Below, one piece after another: positions 41,077 through 49,860 of a DNA stretch of 64,000 nucleotides; the stretch's first letter is position 1, and each line of letters begins with the position of its first letter. Where the stretch lies: IMG/VR virus record IMGVR_UViG_3300028045_000001, positions 62,001-126,000 of that record. One strand, 5' to 3'. The notes below the pieces were generated by a model that saw only the letters and a list, made by a program, of their open reading frames with translations, searched no databases and was not told the origin of the DNA. The translations under genes were made by a program, and so were the position numbers.

Positions 41077-41198
41077 TTCAGTCTAATATAAAAAAAGGGG
41101 GGGAGTCCCAATGTTTTATTTACTGACCGATCTTCAAAGTCTAAGAGTATAATAGACGTACTTTAAATGACTTTATTAAAATTATAAGATAGATAATC

Positions 41199-41232
41199 CA
41201 CAGGGCTGTGAGCATATGCTCACAGCCCTGTG
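41199..41232. terminator. Perfect 34-bp loopless palindrome (centre CATATG)
   Basis: CACAGGGCTGTGAGCAT|ATGCTCACAGCCCTGTG. Confidence 0.85.
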
Positions 41233-41263
41233 AGTAAATTGAATGTCTTTTAATTTTTTTCAT

Positions 41264-41274
41264 TTATATATTAC
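41264..41274 (+). promoter_or_regulatory. Putative early promoter TTATATATTAC with no downstream CDS
   Basis: Exact motif copy followed by ~600 nt without an ORF of 60 aa or more. Confidence 0.65.
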
Positions 41275-41900
41275 TATAATGAACATAGAAATTGTGACTT
41301 TACTTTTCCAAGTATAGTTATGGTTACTATGCTCTACTTTACTCCGATATCGGCATTCATATAAATGTGATTGAAACTTGTAGTTGGAAGGAGGTGAAGT
41401 CTAAAGTGGTAGATCTAGTGACACTAAATTAAAATAATTTGGAGTCCCTGATCGCCAGTGCTTATTGATTCATGTGTAGGAGAGTTCTCCTAACCTACGC
41501 AAATTGCATTAGAGTACTTGGAGAGGATGATCTTACGCATATGATGTGGGGATGCGGTCGTAACTAGTGTTATGGTTTAAGATTTTTAAAAATTAATAAT
41601 ACTATTCTTGGGACAATGACTAGAGTGGGGTAGCGTTGTTTTACATTTAATTGAAGTTTAATTTCAGGAAATGGAGATCAAAGATATGTGGGATAGATTT
41701 GATGTTTTAAGAATGTAACGATATAATTGAACGATAAGTTTTTTAAAATAATAAACTTTCGCTTTAGGTTAGTATGTGAACTGTATATACATTTCTCTTC
41801 ATAAGCATATTGACCTATGCCGACTATCGGTATATATGTATTGATGGCGTTCAAAAGGTTGATTTGATAATGGCGATGTTTTGACTATTATCAAATCAAC
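41275..41900 (+). ncRNA. Candidate early non-coding transcript (or decayed gene)
   Basis: Bracketed by promoter motif and hairpin 41858..41900; no ORF of 60 aa or more before 41881; no RNA family recognised. Confidence 0.25.
41858..41900. terminator. 14-bp stem hairpin downstream of sbcC stop
   Basis: GTTGATTTGATAAT...ATTATCAAATCAAC with 15-nt spacer. Confidence 0.55.
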
Positions 41901-41941
41901 TACCTTGATGATCTCAATTAGTTACCGTGTTTCTTTTTTAT

Positions 41942-44479
41942 TTAAAGTATACGTACGTGCTCATTGTAAATTTCCGGCAGGATCATACTCCCAGGGTCAG
42001 AGCTCAGGCAGATCACATCACTATTTGGCATGTTCATCAGCGATGCTTGATGATCGATTAAAAACATATGTGTTATTTTTTTATCCTTTAACAACGATAT
42101 TAGTAACTCCAATACTTTCTGTTGATGGACCTCTGTCATATTGGCAGATATCTCATCAAAGAAAATTGGGAACCTATTGTTCCAACCAGTCACTGTATAT
42201 ATTCCCAACTGAAATGCTAAGTTAATGGCATTCTTTTGTCCATCACTACACTCTTTTATTTCTGGGACAATGTGGTCTCCAACAGTGACTTTAAAATCAA
42301 ATGTTATCTCTGACCCTTTGTTGTATTTATGTATCTTTAACGGCTCAATCCACATGACCTTTAAGTATGAGTTGGCTTTGGCTATAACTCTGTTTGTAAA
42401 TGATCGTATATGTGTGTGAGGAATGGCATCGGGTGACAACTGCTCAGTTACCAATTCGTACTCATATATTTTTTCTTCGATCTCCTTTATATTTGGTAGA
42501 ATTTCTCCTTCTAGTCTAGTAATATAACTATCTTGTTCTTTAAGTATGGATGAGACCTGGATCAATCTATCAGTAGCCGATGCTTTAGCGGCATTGAGCT
42601 CTATTAAGTTTTCCCTGTAGAAGGTAATGGCTCCATTGGAAATAATCCACTCTATCACGTTATTAAAGGCTTCTTTGATGTCGGCTACCACGTCCAATTT
42701 TTTTTTATATTCTGTCGCCGATTTGAGGTCCGTGGTATGTATGTTCAGTGAACGTTTTATGGATGCTATTTCGAGGTTTAATTTCGATAGCTCGACTTCT
42801 TTGCTTATAATTGTCTTAGTTGTAAATTGGATAGTTTTATCCTTTGATTCCTGCAAGGTCTTTAACTTAAAACGATGCGTTGATAGCACTATGGATAATG
42901 CATCACGTTGTGCTCGCTTAGTTGAATTGGATACAAGTTTTCGAATGCGATTTAGTATGATGGATGGGTTGCTCGACAACACCTCATTGAGCGAGGACCC
43001 ATCCAATATATATTCGTTCATTTGCAACGAATCTAAAAATGATCTTAACTCAGTCAACGCCGACCTAATGCTATTTGTAAAGGGCTCTATTTTTGACATA
43101 GTTTCGTGCAATGAACTAACCGCACTTTGAATCTTCGCGTCTTGTACTTCAACAAGTCGTTCTAACTCTGTCACCTTGGCGGATAGTTTCTTTTCTTTAC
43201 CAACCATATCAGTTCGCAATGAACATTCGGTAGTACAGTCCATAGGGTATACAACTAATCTATGCTCATCGAGGTACTTGTGGGCCTGGTCTAAGTTATC
43301 AGTTACCATGGACAAGGTGCTTTGATATTCTGAGATTTTAGACCTAAGTATTTGGCAGGTATGTTCCATACTCTCTATCTCAGGCATTGGTAGTATCTTA
43401 GTACCACAGTCCCGTATAGTGTTTAGCAATGAATCAAGTTTATCAGTATTGTTTGATATATGTTCCATCTTTTCTCTATCAATAATTGGCAGAGAGTCGT
43501 CGAGTGTCAGCTTAGATAGCATATCTTCGTGTCCAGCTATTTTTGTTTCGTATCCACGCATAGTTTCATTTATGTCTATGTATCTAAGCTTACTATGCAT
43601 GTCCAATTCTTCTTTGATAGTTATCGCTTGATCAACTTGGCGTTCTTTCATGAAATTTAATTTATCAAGAACATTAGTTATAATTTGTATTGTATTAGCC
43701 ACCTCATATATTGGAGTAGTCATCGCTATGTCGGACAGTAACTCCTTGGCATTACGCACCATCTGCATGGACGACTCACTTGGTTTCTCCGGCATTCGAT
43801 TGCTGATGTCAGTTACTTTCTGTTCGAACACAACTATCAATTTATCCATAATATTAATCTGGGAGGTTAAGATGTCTGATTCTTTCCGGACATCCTTTAG
43901 GTTACTCTCTGGCAGGATTTGATCAAGTAGTGATAATTTTCGTGTAGTAAGTAGCTTTAGTTGACTCTTAGCTGCCCTCAATTCTCGGTGTATTTTTTTG
44001 TAGTGTTCTAACACAAACCCTATATCAACTGGGTTTGCTTTTATAAATAATTCCCGCCTTTCTATTTTGCTCATTTCACATAGTTTATATTCTCCGTGCA
44101 CTAGTTTGTTCACGACTGGCGTCCAATTTAGATATTCGATCATTAATTCTTGTTGGACGGTAGCCGTCCCAGACACATTCAAATCATCTGTATCATTTTT
44201 TATGAAGCTATGATTCTTACCCCCCTTAGAAAAGTCGCTAGTTATTTCATATACGTCTCCTGTGATAGTATCTTCTAAAATAAGTTTACACGACCCCTTC
44301 TTAAATTCAGGCTTGGTCTTTGGGGCAGGGGACATTAATTTGAACAAGCTACTTTTACCAACCCCGTTGGCCCCGGTAACTATATTACAGTTGTTGTATA
44401 CCTGGATGCTTAATTGCATTATGCCTCCAGTGATAAAAGGTATATGCCCAACTACATCTATACTCTTGATATTTAACAT
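41942..44479 (-). CDS. sbcC: SbcC/Rad50-like SMC ATPase
   Basis: Walker A GANGVGKS, long coiled coil, signature CSDGQ, Walker B FFDE, H-loop IDHQ. Confidence 0.9.
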   Translation of the reverse strand: MLNIKSIDVVGHIPFITGGIMQLSIQVYNNCNIVTGANGVGKSSLFKLMSPAPKTKPEFKKGSCKLILEDTITGDVYEITSDFSKGGKNHSFIKNDTDDLNVSGTATVQQELMIEYLNWTPVVNKLVHGEYKLCEMSKIERRELFIKANPVDIGFVLEHYKKIHRELRAAKSQLKLLTTRKLSLLDQILPESNLKDVRKESDILTSQINIMDKLIVVFEQKVTDISNRMPEKPSESSMQMVRNAKELLSDIAMTTPIYEVANTIQIITNVLDKLNFMKERQVDQAITIKEELDMHSKLRYIDINETMRGYETKIAGHEDMLSKLTLDDSLPIIDREKMEHISNNTDKLDSLLNTIRDCGTKILPMPEIESMEHTCQILRSKISEYQSTLSMVTDNLDQAHKYLDEHRLVVYPMDCTTECSLRTDMVGKEKKLSAKVTELERLVEVQDAKIQSAVSSLHETMSKIEPFTNSIRSALTELRSFLDSLQMNEYILDGSSLNEVLSSNPSIILNRIRKLVSNSTKRAQRDALSIVLSTHRFKLKTLQESKDKTIQFTTKTIISKEVELSKLNLEIASIKRSLNIHTTDLKSATEYKKKLDVVADIKEAFNNVIEWIISNGAITFYRENLIELNAAKASATDRLIQVSSILKEQDSYITRLEGEILPNIKEIEEKIYEYELVTEQLSPDAIPHTHIRSFTNRVIAKANSYLKVMWIEPLKIHKYNKGSEITFDFKVTVGDHIVPEIKECSDGQKNAINLAFQLGIYTVTGWNNRFPIFFDEISANMTEVHQQKVLELLISLLKDKKITHMFLIDHQASLMNMPNSDVICLSSDPGSMILPEIYNEHVRIL

Positions 44480-44563
44480 GTGCGACCTCCTTTACCTATG
44501 GTATACAATATGAGCAAGCTGTAAGAAACAATGTAGTTTTGACATAACTCAGTAAATTTTGAA

Positions 44564-44574
44564 TTATATATTAC
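44564..44574 (+). promoter_or_regulatory. Putative early promoter TTATATATTAC (tandem copy 1)
   Basis: Exact motif copy. Confidence 0.7.
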
Positions 44575-44634
44575 CGATATAGACGAGTCCACATTGGAAT
44601 GAAGAATCGAATAAATATTTCAGTGACATTTTAG

Positions 44635-44645
44635 TTATATATTAC
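44635..44645 (+). promoter_or_regulatory. Putative early promoter TTATATATTAC (tandem copy 2)
   Basis: Exact motif copy 71 nt after copy 1. Confidence 0.7.
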
Positions 44646-44794
44646 ATACATGGTATTACAATAACACAAACGGCTATGAATAAAAATATATGGGCAAGGA
44701 AAGGCATATTTTTTTAAGGTGGGTGTAACATGCTATGTCTAAGCACAGTAGTTACATTGAACTTGTTATTTTAATTTATTTTTAAAAGGAGAAA

Positions 44795-45241
44795 ATGAAA
44801 ATGGATCTTTTTACAAAACTTGATTACTCTTTTGGTGCAAGCGAAAAACATGGGACACCTGCACACAGAGCCAAGCCAGACAAAGCTAAACTCAGTAAAT
44901 TTTATACTGATGAGGGCATTACAGACGAAGAGTACAAGAAGTTTTCTGTAGCCACCGAAAAGATGATCGAGGGGGCTATGGTGCAGGTTGCTAAAGATGG
45001 GATCGCAGCAGGCGAAGCACGAGTTATCTCAGTACCAATGGGCGTAGGGGATACGTTTGAAGTCTCGTACCACCCAGAAAAACTCCAGCCAAATCCTCAG
45101 ACAGGCATTCCAACTCTTAAGAAGCACGCCGTCGGGGCTAAGCGAAAATACAGTATGACAACAAAGCAGAGAAGCTTGGCAGTTTCAATTTCAGAGAGTG
45201 CCATAGCTGCAGAGGGCTCTTCTAAGAAGAAGGCAGCGTAA
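44795..45241 (+). CDS. HU/IHF-like DNA-bending protein (divergent)
   Basis: TFEVSYHPEKLQPNPQTG aligns gap-free with HU TFKVNHRAERTGRNPQTG; AAGGAG RBS; Lys-rich C-tail. Confidence 0.68.
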   Translation: MKMDLFTKLDYSFGASEKHGTPAHRAKPDKAKLSKFYTDEGITDEEYKKFSVATEKMIEGAMVQVAKDGIAAGEARVISVPMGVGDTFEVSYHPEKLQPNPQTGIPTLKKHAVGAKRKYSMTTKQRSLAVSISESAIAAEGSSKKKAA

Positions 45242-45249
45242 AGCATGCG

Positions 45250-45285
45250 CTCATATACACTTACCGAATGGTAAGTGTATATGAG
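45250..45285. terminator. 16-bp stem hairpin between convergent HU-like and ruvC genes
   Basis: CTCATATACACTTACC-gaat-GGTAAGTGTATATGAG. Confidence 0.8.
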
Positions 45286-45299
45286 TAGTATTATATATT

Positions 45300-45875
45300 T
45301 CATCTAATGTGGACAAAGTCTGTATCTATAAATGTACACGCTACCGCAATCGCATCATACTCGTGCTCAGAAATTTTTTCTTTGTCAACCAAGCTTTGTT
45401 GTTTGAAAACAATTTCATTTGAGTTTAGCGTAGTAGATTTAATTAGCGCTTTACTCGCATTCCCATTTCCCGCAAATATGCTCTTTATTCGTCTGGGTGC
45501 ATACTTGTACAATGGGCTCTCGTATTTTCTAAACAACAACCTCTCTATGCATTGTATACACAGCAATAATGCAGGGAATGCGTTTGGGAACTTTCTATTC
45601 ATAAATGCATCTTCGGAGGCATGATAATCAGGAGAGAACGTCTCACATAGATCAGACAATACTTCTTCTATAATTTCCAGTGCTATCAGCCTTGAATAGA
45701 ATTTTTCGATAAGTCCTTTTCTTTTACTTGCTCTGTATGTGCCCTTCACGACGCCAGTTCTCATAACTGTACGGAGATTTGTTTTTACACTATAGTCAAT
45801 AATACACCAACCAAGTTTAGTTGTACCGGGATCTATCCCTATGATACGCACACAATCTTTTGTCTTTTTCATCAA
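45300..45875 (-). CDS. ruvC: RuvC-like Holliday junction resolvase
   Basis: IIGIDPGTTKLGW (Asp), ASED (Glu), GNGNASK, HEYDAIAVA (Asp). Confidence 0.88.
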   Translation of the reverse strand: MMKKTKDCVRIIGIDPGTTKLGWCIIDYSVKTNLRTVMRTGVVKGTYRASKRKGLIEKFYSRLIALEIIEEVLSDLCETFSPDYHASEDAFMNRKFPNAFPALLLCIQCIERLLFRKYESPLYKYAPRRIKSIFAGNGNASKALIKSTTLNSNEIVFKQQSLVDKEKISEHEYDAIAVACTFIDTDFVHIR

Positions 45876-46015
45876 TCCCCTCGCCCCACATTTATTTATT
45901 AATTTATGTACCGTTATGATTTAATTAGAGATATTAAAGTCGTGTATCACAATGGAAGGATGATACAAACGTTTTTATAACATAACGCTTAACTTTTATT
46001 TCAACGCCATATCGT

Positions 46016-46026
46016 TTATATATTAC
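46016..46026 (+). promoter_or_regulatory. Putative early promoter TTATATATTAC
   Basis: Exact motif copy upstream of AGGAG + ATG 46077. Confidence 0.7.
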
Positions 46027-46076
46027 TGTAATGAATTCAATAAAATAATTATAATTATTAACTAGGAGCAGTTACA

Positions 46077-46523
46077 ATGCCAAATAACAAAGATGCAACC
46101 ACTCTCATTGGTGAACTCACCAAGGACCTGGATATCGCTAAGGAACATGTCGAGATAGTTCTTGCACAATACAACTATCTATATTCACAAGTACAAAAGA
46201 TAGCCGACTCCATAGGTGCGGGAGATATACGCGCTATACCGTCAGCTATGCCGACACTTGGACCCGGCGGCTCTTCCGGCCCTTCCGGCTCTGGAGCACC
46301 GTTAGCGCCTCAGTTTGCTTCTGCTCCATTGACACAGCGGACTAGTTTGGCACCTCAGCAAGTACCGCAGCAGGTGTATTCAGACGGTCGGGGCGGGTTC
46401 TGTATAATGGATCAATATGGTAGACCGATCCCATGTGATCATAATGGCTATCCAATCCCAGGCAGGAATATCGGCCACGCCTCTTTTGCCCCGTCACCCA
46501 TGCTTAAGAAAACGGCTATATGA
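46077..46523 (+). CDS. Hypothetical protein: N-terminal coiled coil, G/S/P/Q-rich linker, repeated DxxGxPIP motif
   Basis: AGGAG RBS; composition read from translation. Confidence 0.75.
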   Translation: MPNNKDATTLIGELTKDLDIAKEHVEIVLAQYNYLYSQVQKIADSIGAGDIRAIPSAMPTLGPGGSSGPSGSGAPLAPQFASAPLTQRTSLAPQQVPQQVYSDGRGGFCIMDQYGRPIPCDHNGYPIPGRNIGHASFAPSPMLKKTAI

Positions 46524-46542
46524 TGTAAGTATATATGTGACA

Positions 46543-46580
46543 CACCCATGCTCCCTCTGTGCACAGAGGGAGCATGGGTG
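46543..46580. terminator. Perfect 38-bp loopless palindrome (centre GTGCAC) between convergent genes
   Basis: CACCCATGCTCCCTCTGTG|CACAGAGGGAGCATGGGTG. Confidence 0.88.
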
Positions 46581-46583
46581 GCG

Positions 46584-47933
46584 TTACCTTTTATTTTTTG
46601 TCTTGTCAGTGTACAATGATACCATACACTCAGTCCCATATACTTTATCGTGCCCTTGCTGTCCAATGACGCTTATGCTGAATACCAGTTCACGGCAAGT
46701 TGCAGGAACTATCTCGTATCCATTCTCCCCATCGAAATGATAAAACCACTGCGAGCCAGGCTTAATGTCTACAGCAAACGGATTTGCCATGTTCCAATTG
46801 AAGCTGGTCATAACACTTTTCATTCTGTTTAATTCCGTCATTATCGGATAAGGATTACCATAGGAGATCCCGTACCTTACCGATAGAGTATCTGACGTCA
46901 TGGTTTCAATATCGCCTATCTCTAGCACCCGTATTCTTTCTGCTAAGTCAACAGATACCTTATCTTGGTTTAATTGGTCACTATTACTTAGCAGTTCATC
47001 TCTAAAGTCTACTAATATCGTGTTGGCCACCTCCTCTGCATATATGGCCTGTCCGTCATGGTCTATGACTTTGCTATTCGAAACGATATGTAATTCATCA
47101 TCAATGATTTTGTGAAAACATTGCGAGCTAGTATATGCACTTGGATCCACGTTGTAGACATGTACTGTATCTGTATTCCAAACTCTACTCATGTCAACTT
47201 CGTAGTTTGGGTATATATACATGATCTTATTGTGTACATAGTAGCATACGCCCTTCTCGTATATGCCATAACGTTCTTGTAAATATCCAAATAGATTGGA
47301 TATATTTTTTAATGGCTCTATTAAAAAATTAGTGTAGGATTTTGTATTGTTCGGCTCTGCAACTTTGACTCCAGTTATGCCAAATTGATGTACGTACAAT
47401 TTTAAAGCTTCTATCAGTGTAATGTTCTCGTGTATCCCATTACATCGCATCTTTCTAAATTGATATTCTATTGGGTCCAATAATTGCCCTGTCACAGCCA
47501 ATCTTGCGGACATATGTCGTTCTTGTGGAAGCTCACCAGTGACGGGTAGAATTTTATCTTTTGGTAGCACTTTAAATAAATCAAGCTTCTCTTTAAAGAC
47601 TATGCGATTATCCATAGTGTGTAATGGGTCGTCCAGTTTTTTAATGGCGACGTCAGTCTTAAAGAAATTTATAACGCATCGAAGATCTTTATAGTGCTCC
47701 ATGGCTTGTATATATTCAGCTGGTGACAGATCGAACTCCACTTCAATATAATCTGAAAAAGATTTTTCAAAATTTCTAACAATATCTAATCTATCCGGGG
47801 ATCCAATTTCTATATGCATAGATTTGTCGTCAGAGATTAGAAACATTTTCATAAGTAGTATGTTATTGTCTTGATCGCTCATGACCTTATGTACACTATC
47901 GGCCAAAGCTTGACTCATAGATATGTGTGCCAT
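46584..47933 (-). CDS. Putative virion (baseplate hub/tail) protein, 449 aa
   Basis: EPNNTKSYTNFLIEP...LFGYLQERYGIYEKG..YY pattern recalled from phiKZ-like structural proteins. Confidence 0.5.
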   Translation of the reverse strand: MAHISMSQALADSVHKVMSDQDNNILLMKMFLISDDKSMHIEIGSPDRLDIVRNFEKSFSDYIEVEFDLSPAEYIQAMEHYKDLRCVINFFKTDVAIKKLDDPLHTMDNRIVFKEKLDLFKVLPKDKILPVTGELPQERHMSARLAVTGQLLDPIEYQFRKMRCNGIHENITLIEALKLYVHQFGITGVKVAEPNNTKSYTNFLIEPLKNISNLFGYLQERYGIYEKGVCYYVHNKIMYIYPNYEVDMSRVWNTDTVHVYNVDPSAYTSSQCFHKIIDDELHIVSNSKVIDHDGQAIYAEEVANTILVDFRDELLSNSDQLNQDKVSVDLAERIRVLEIGDIETMTSDTLSVRYGISYGNPYPIMTELNRMKSVMTSFNWNMANPFAVDIKPGSQWFYHFDGENGYEIVPATCRELVFSISVIGQQGHDKVYGTECMVSLYTDKTKNKR

Positions 47934-47944
47934 ATGTTAACCTT

Positions 47945-48406
47945 CTATATTTTCATAAGACGTTTTAATTTTGCAAACGGCGTATCCGCTTTCTGCAGCC
48001 TCAGATCAATCTGCATTCTCGAATCAATAAATTCTTGTAATTGTCCAATCAACATAATAGTTCCCTGCCTGTTCAGTTGTACCTTAGGATCATTCATATG
48101 CTGATTCCTTTCTTGCCAACTAAGCCATTCATTCAGTACGTGTATCATGTCTGGGATATGCTCTACGTTAGTTATTGAAAAGTACCTCTCAGCTAAAGTG
48201 AATTCTACTAAATGCATCAGTGAGACCTTGCCTTTATGCTGAAGTGGTGGTCCATCGTGTCCTGGTGGATCAATCCCCCTCTCAAGATATCTTGGATGGA
48301 TTGGATGCGTATTGATTGGACCCAATGTTTTAATCCAATGTAGGTTAGCATCCATAAGTTCGCTTACAGAGTTAATTGTTTTATTATAGTTAAACATTAC
48401 ACACAA
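47945..48406 (-). CDS. Hypothetical protein (153 aa)
   Basis: In-operon ORF. Confidence 0.7.
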   Translation of the reverse strand: MCVMFNYNKTINSVSELMDANLHWIKTLGPINTHPIHPRYLERGIDPPGHDGPPLQHKGKVSLMHLVEFTLAERYFSITNVEHIPDMIHVLNEWLSWQERNQHMNDPKVQLNRQGTIMLIGQLQEFIDSRMQIDLRLQKADTPFAKLKRLMKI

Positions 48407-48430
48407 TTCCCTTTATAGTAGAAGGTCAAA

Positions 48431-49855
48431 CTAGTTAGTTAGATTGAATACATATTCCTTTAGTATGTAAATTAGCATTGGAATATAATAAAATTGCTCT
48501 TTATCATTTAAACTTTTATAGGCCGTAGCATAAGTTACAACACTATCGTAATTTATTTCCTTGTTTATATAACTTACTACAATTGCCTCCATGGCACTTA
48601 GTGCAACCGAAGGATCCACGGGGGTATGTCCGATGCAGTCGGATGGATCGGCCAGATAACAACAAGGATCTGGTTCTATTTGTGAATCAGTGGCCTCGTA
48701 GAAATTTTGTGAGAAGATGTATAACTCAGAGGTACACGTGACCGAGACTTCATCTACCACTGTAGACTTATGATGCTTCTGGCAGGTTGGCACATTAGCA
48801 GCTCTTGTATCAGAGTAACCATATGGACATAGTGGCGCGTGCCGTATGTATAATTTTTCTATCAAATTATTTAGATTAACATCATTGGGAGAATACATAT
48901 GCTGCTCTATGTATAGCCACGGTAGTAACTCTTCAATTTCAAGATCCACGTCCCGTTCAAATATGCCCCATATAGTGCGGTCATAATGCAACGAGTCCAT
49001 GTACTTTCTTGGCATGTATCCGCACTCGGAGGTGCTTAAAAATTTAGATAAAAATTTCACGATGTATGGATCAAACACACCATCCCTTCTAATGACTGTC
49101 TTTATTCCATTGTCGTAGAATTTTGTAAAGTAATACCTGACCAGTTTAGTCACTAACCCTTTAGCACTTGTGTACGCTCGGTATTCCGAGGTCTCGAGCA
49201 TATTGTTGGATCCAGACAGAAAGGTGTCCTTTTCAAAATACAATTCTTTAACAACCGACTTTTGAAAATTATCAACATCTTGCCCAGTAGCGAACTTATG
49301 TAGTTCGAAGTTAATGCTAAATACAGTTAATTTACTGACCGACATACGTGTAATATTGGTTAGTTTGAAGATGCCTATTTGATTAGTAGCGATAGGGTAC
49401 AAGAACATATCGCCCTTAGTTGGTTTGAATCCAGGGTACGTATGTCCAGATCCAAGTATCCCACTTATATTACTATCATTGTCATATGTATAGTCGAACG
49501 ATTCATTTAATCGTATAGAGAAATTGTGAATACATACAAGATCCGTATCGAGTGGGTCAGTTGTGTGTGGGACATCATGTTGGCTTGTCTGGGATAAGAT
49601 ACTGTCCTTCAACCGTTGGTAGTATGCGACTTTTATATCTGTACCATTGATTGCTCCTATGATGCTGGAAATAACATCCTTGTCGGAATCCATATTGTAG
49701 GTAGTACGGACAGTTGAAATGTCGGCTATAGTGGCCATCTTTTGAATAGTGTCATAGGTGCTGTCGTCTGGACCTTGATCTGCTCGCTCTTCTATGATCT
49801 CTTCTACGAGGGTTACCTCGTCCTCGCTCAGTCCTTTTGTATTTATAAAGCCCAT
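48431..49855 (-). CDS. phiKZ-like virion structural protein (474 aa)
   Basis: VAYYQRL, YPGFKPTKGDMFLY..ATNQIGIFKLTNITR, FDPYIVKF patterns. Confidence 0.6.
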   Translation of the reverse strand: MGFINTKGLSEDEVTLVEEIIEERADQGPDDSTYDTIQKMATIADISTVRTTYNMDSDKDVISSIIGAINGTDIKVAYYQRLKDSILSQTSQHDVPHTTDPLDTDLVCIHNFSIRLNESFDYTYDNDSNISGILGSGHTYPGFKPTKGDMFLYPIATNQIGIFKLTNITRMSVSKLTVFSINFELHKFATGQDVDNFQKSVVKELYFEKDTFLSGSNNMLETSEYRAYTSAKGLVTKLVRYYFTKFYDNGIKTVIRRDGVFDPYIVKFLSKFLSTSECGYMPRKYMDSLHYDRTIWGIFERDVDLEIEELLPWLYIEQHMYSPNDVNLNNLIEKLYIRHAPLCPYGYSDTRAANVPTCQKHHKSTVVDEVSVTCTSELYIFSQNFYEATDSQIEPDPCCYLADPSDCIGHTPVDPSVALSAMEAIVVSYINKEINYDSVVTYATAYKSLNDKEQFYYIPMLIYILKEYVFNLTN

Positions 49856-49860
49856 TGTGT

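Noticed and set aside
41881-42225. 114-aa + strand ORF as the product of the 41264 promoter
   Set aside because: TTG start inside a hairpin, no RBS, 600 nt from the promoter and mostly antisense to sbcC
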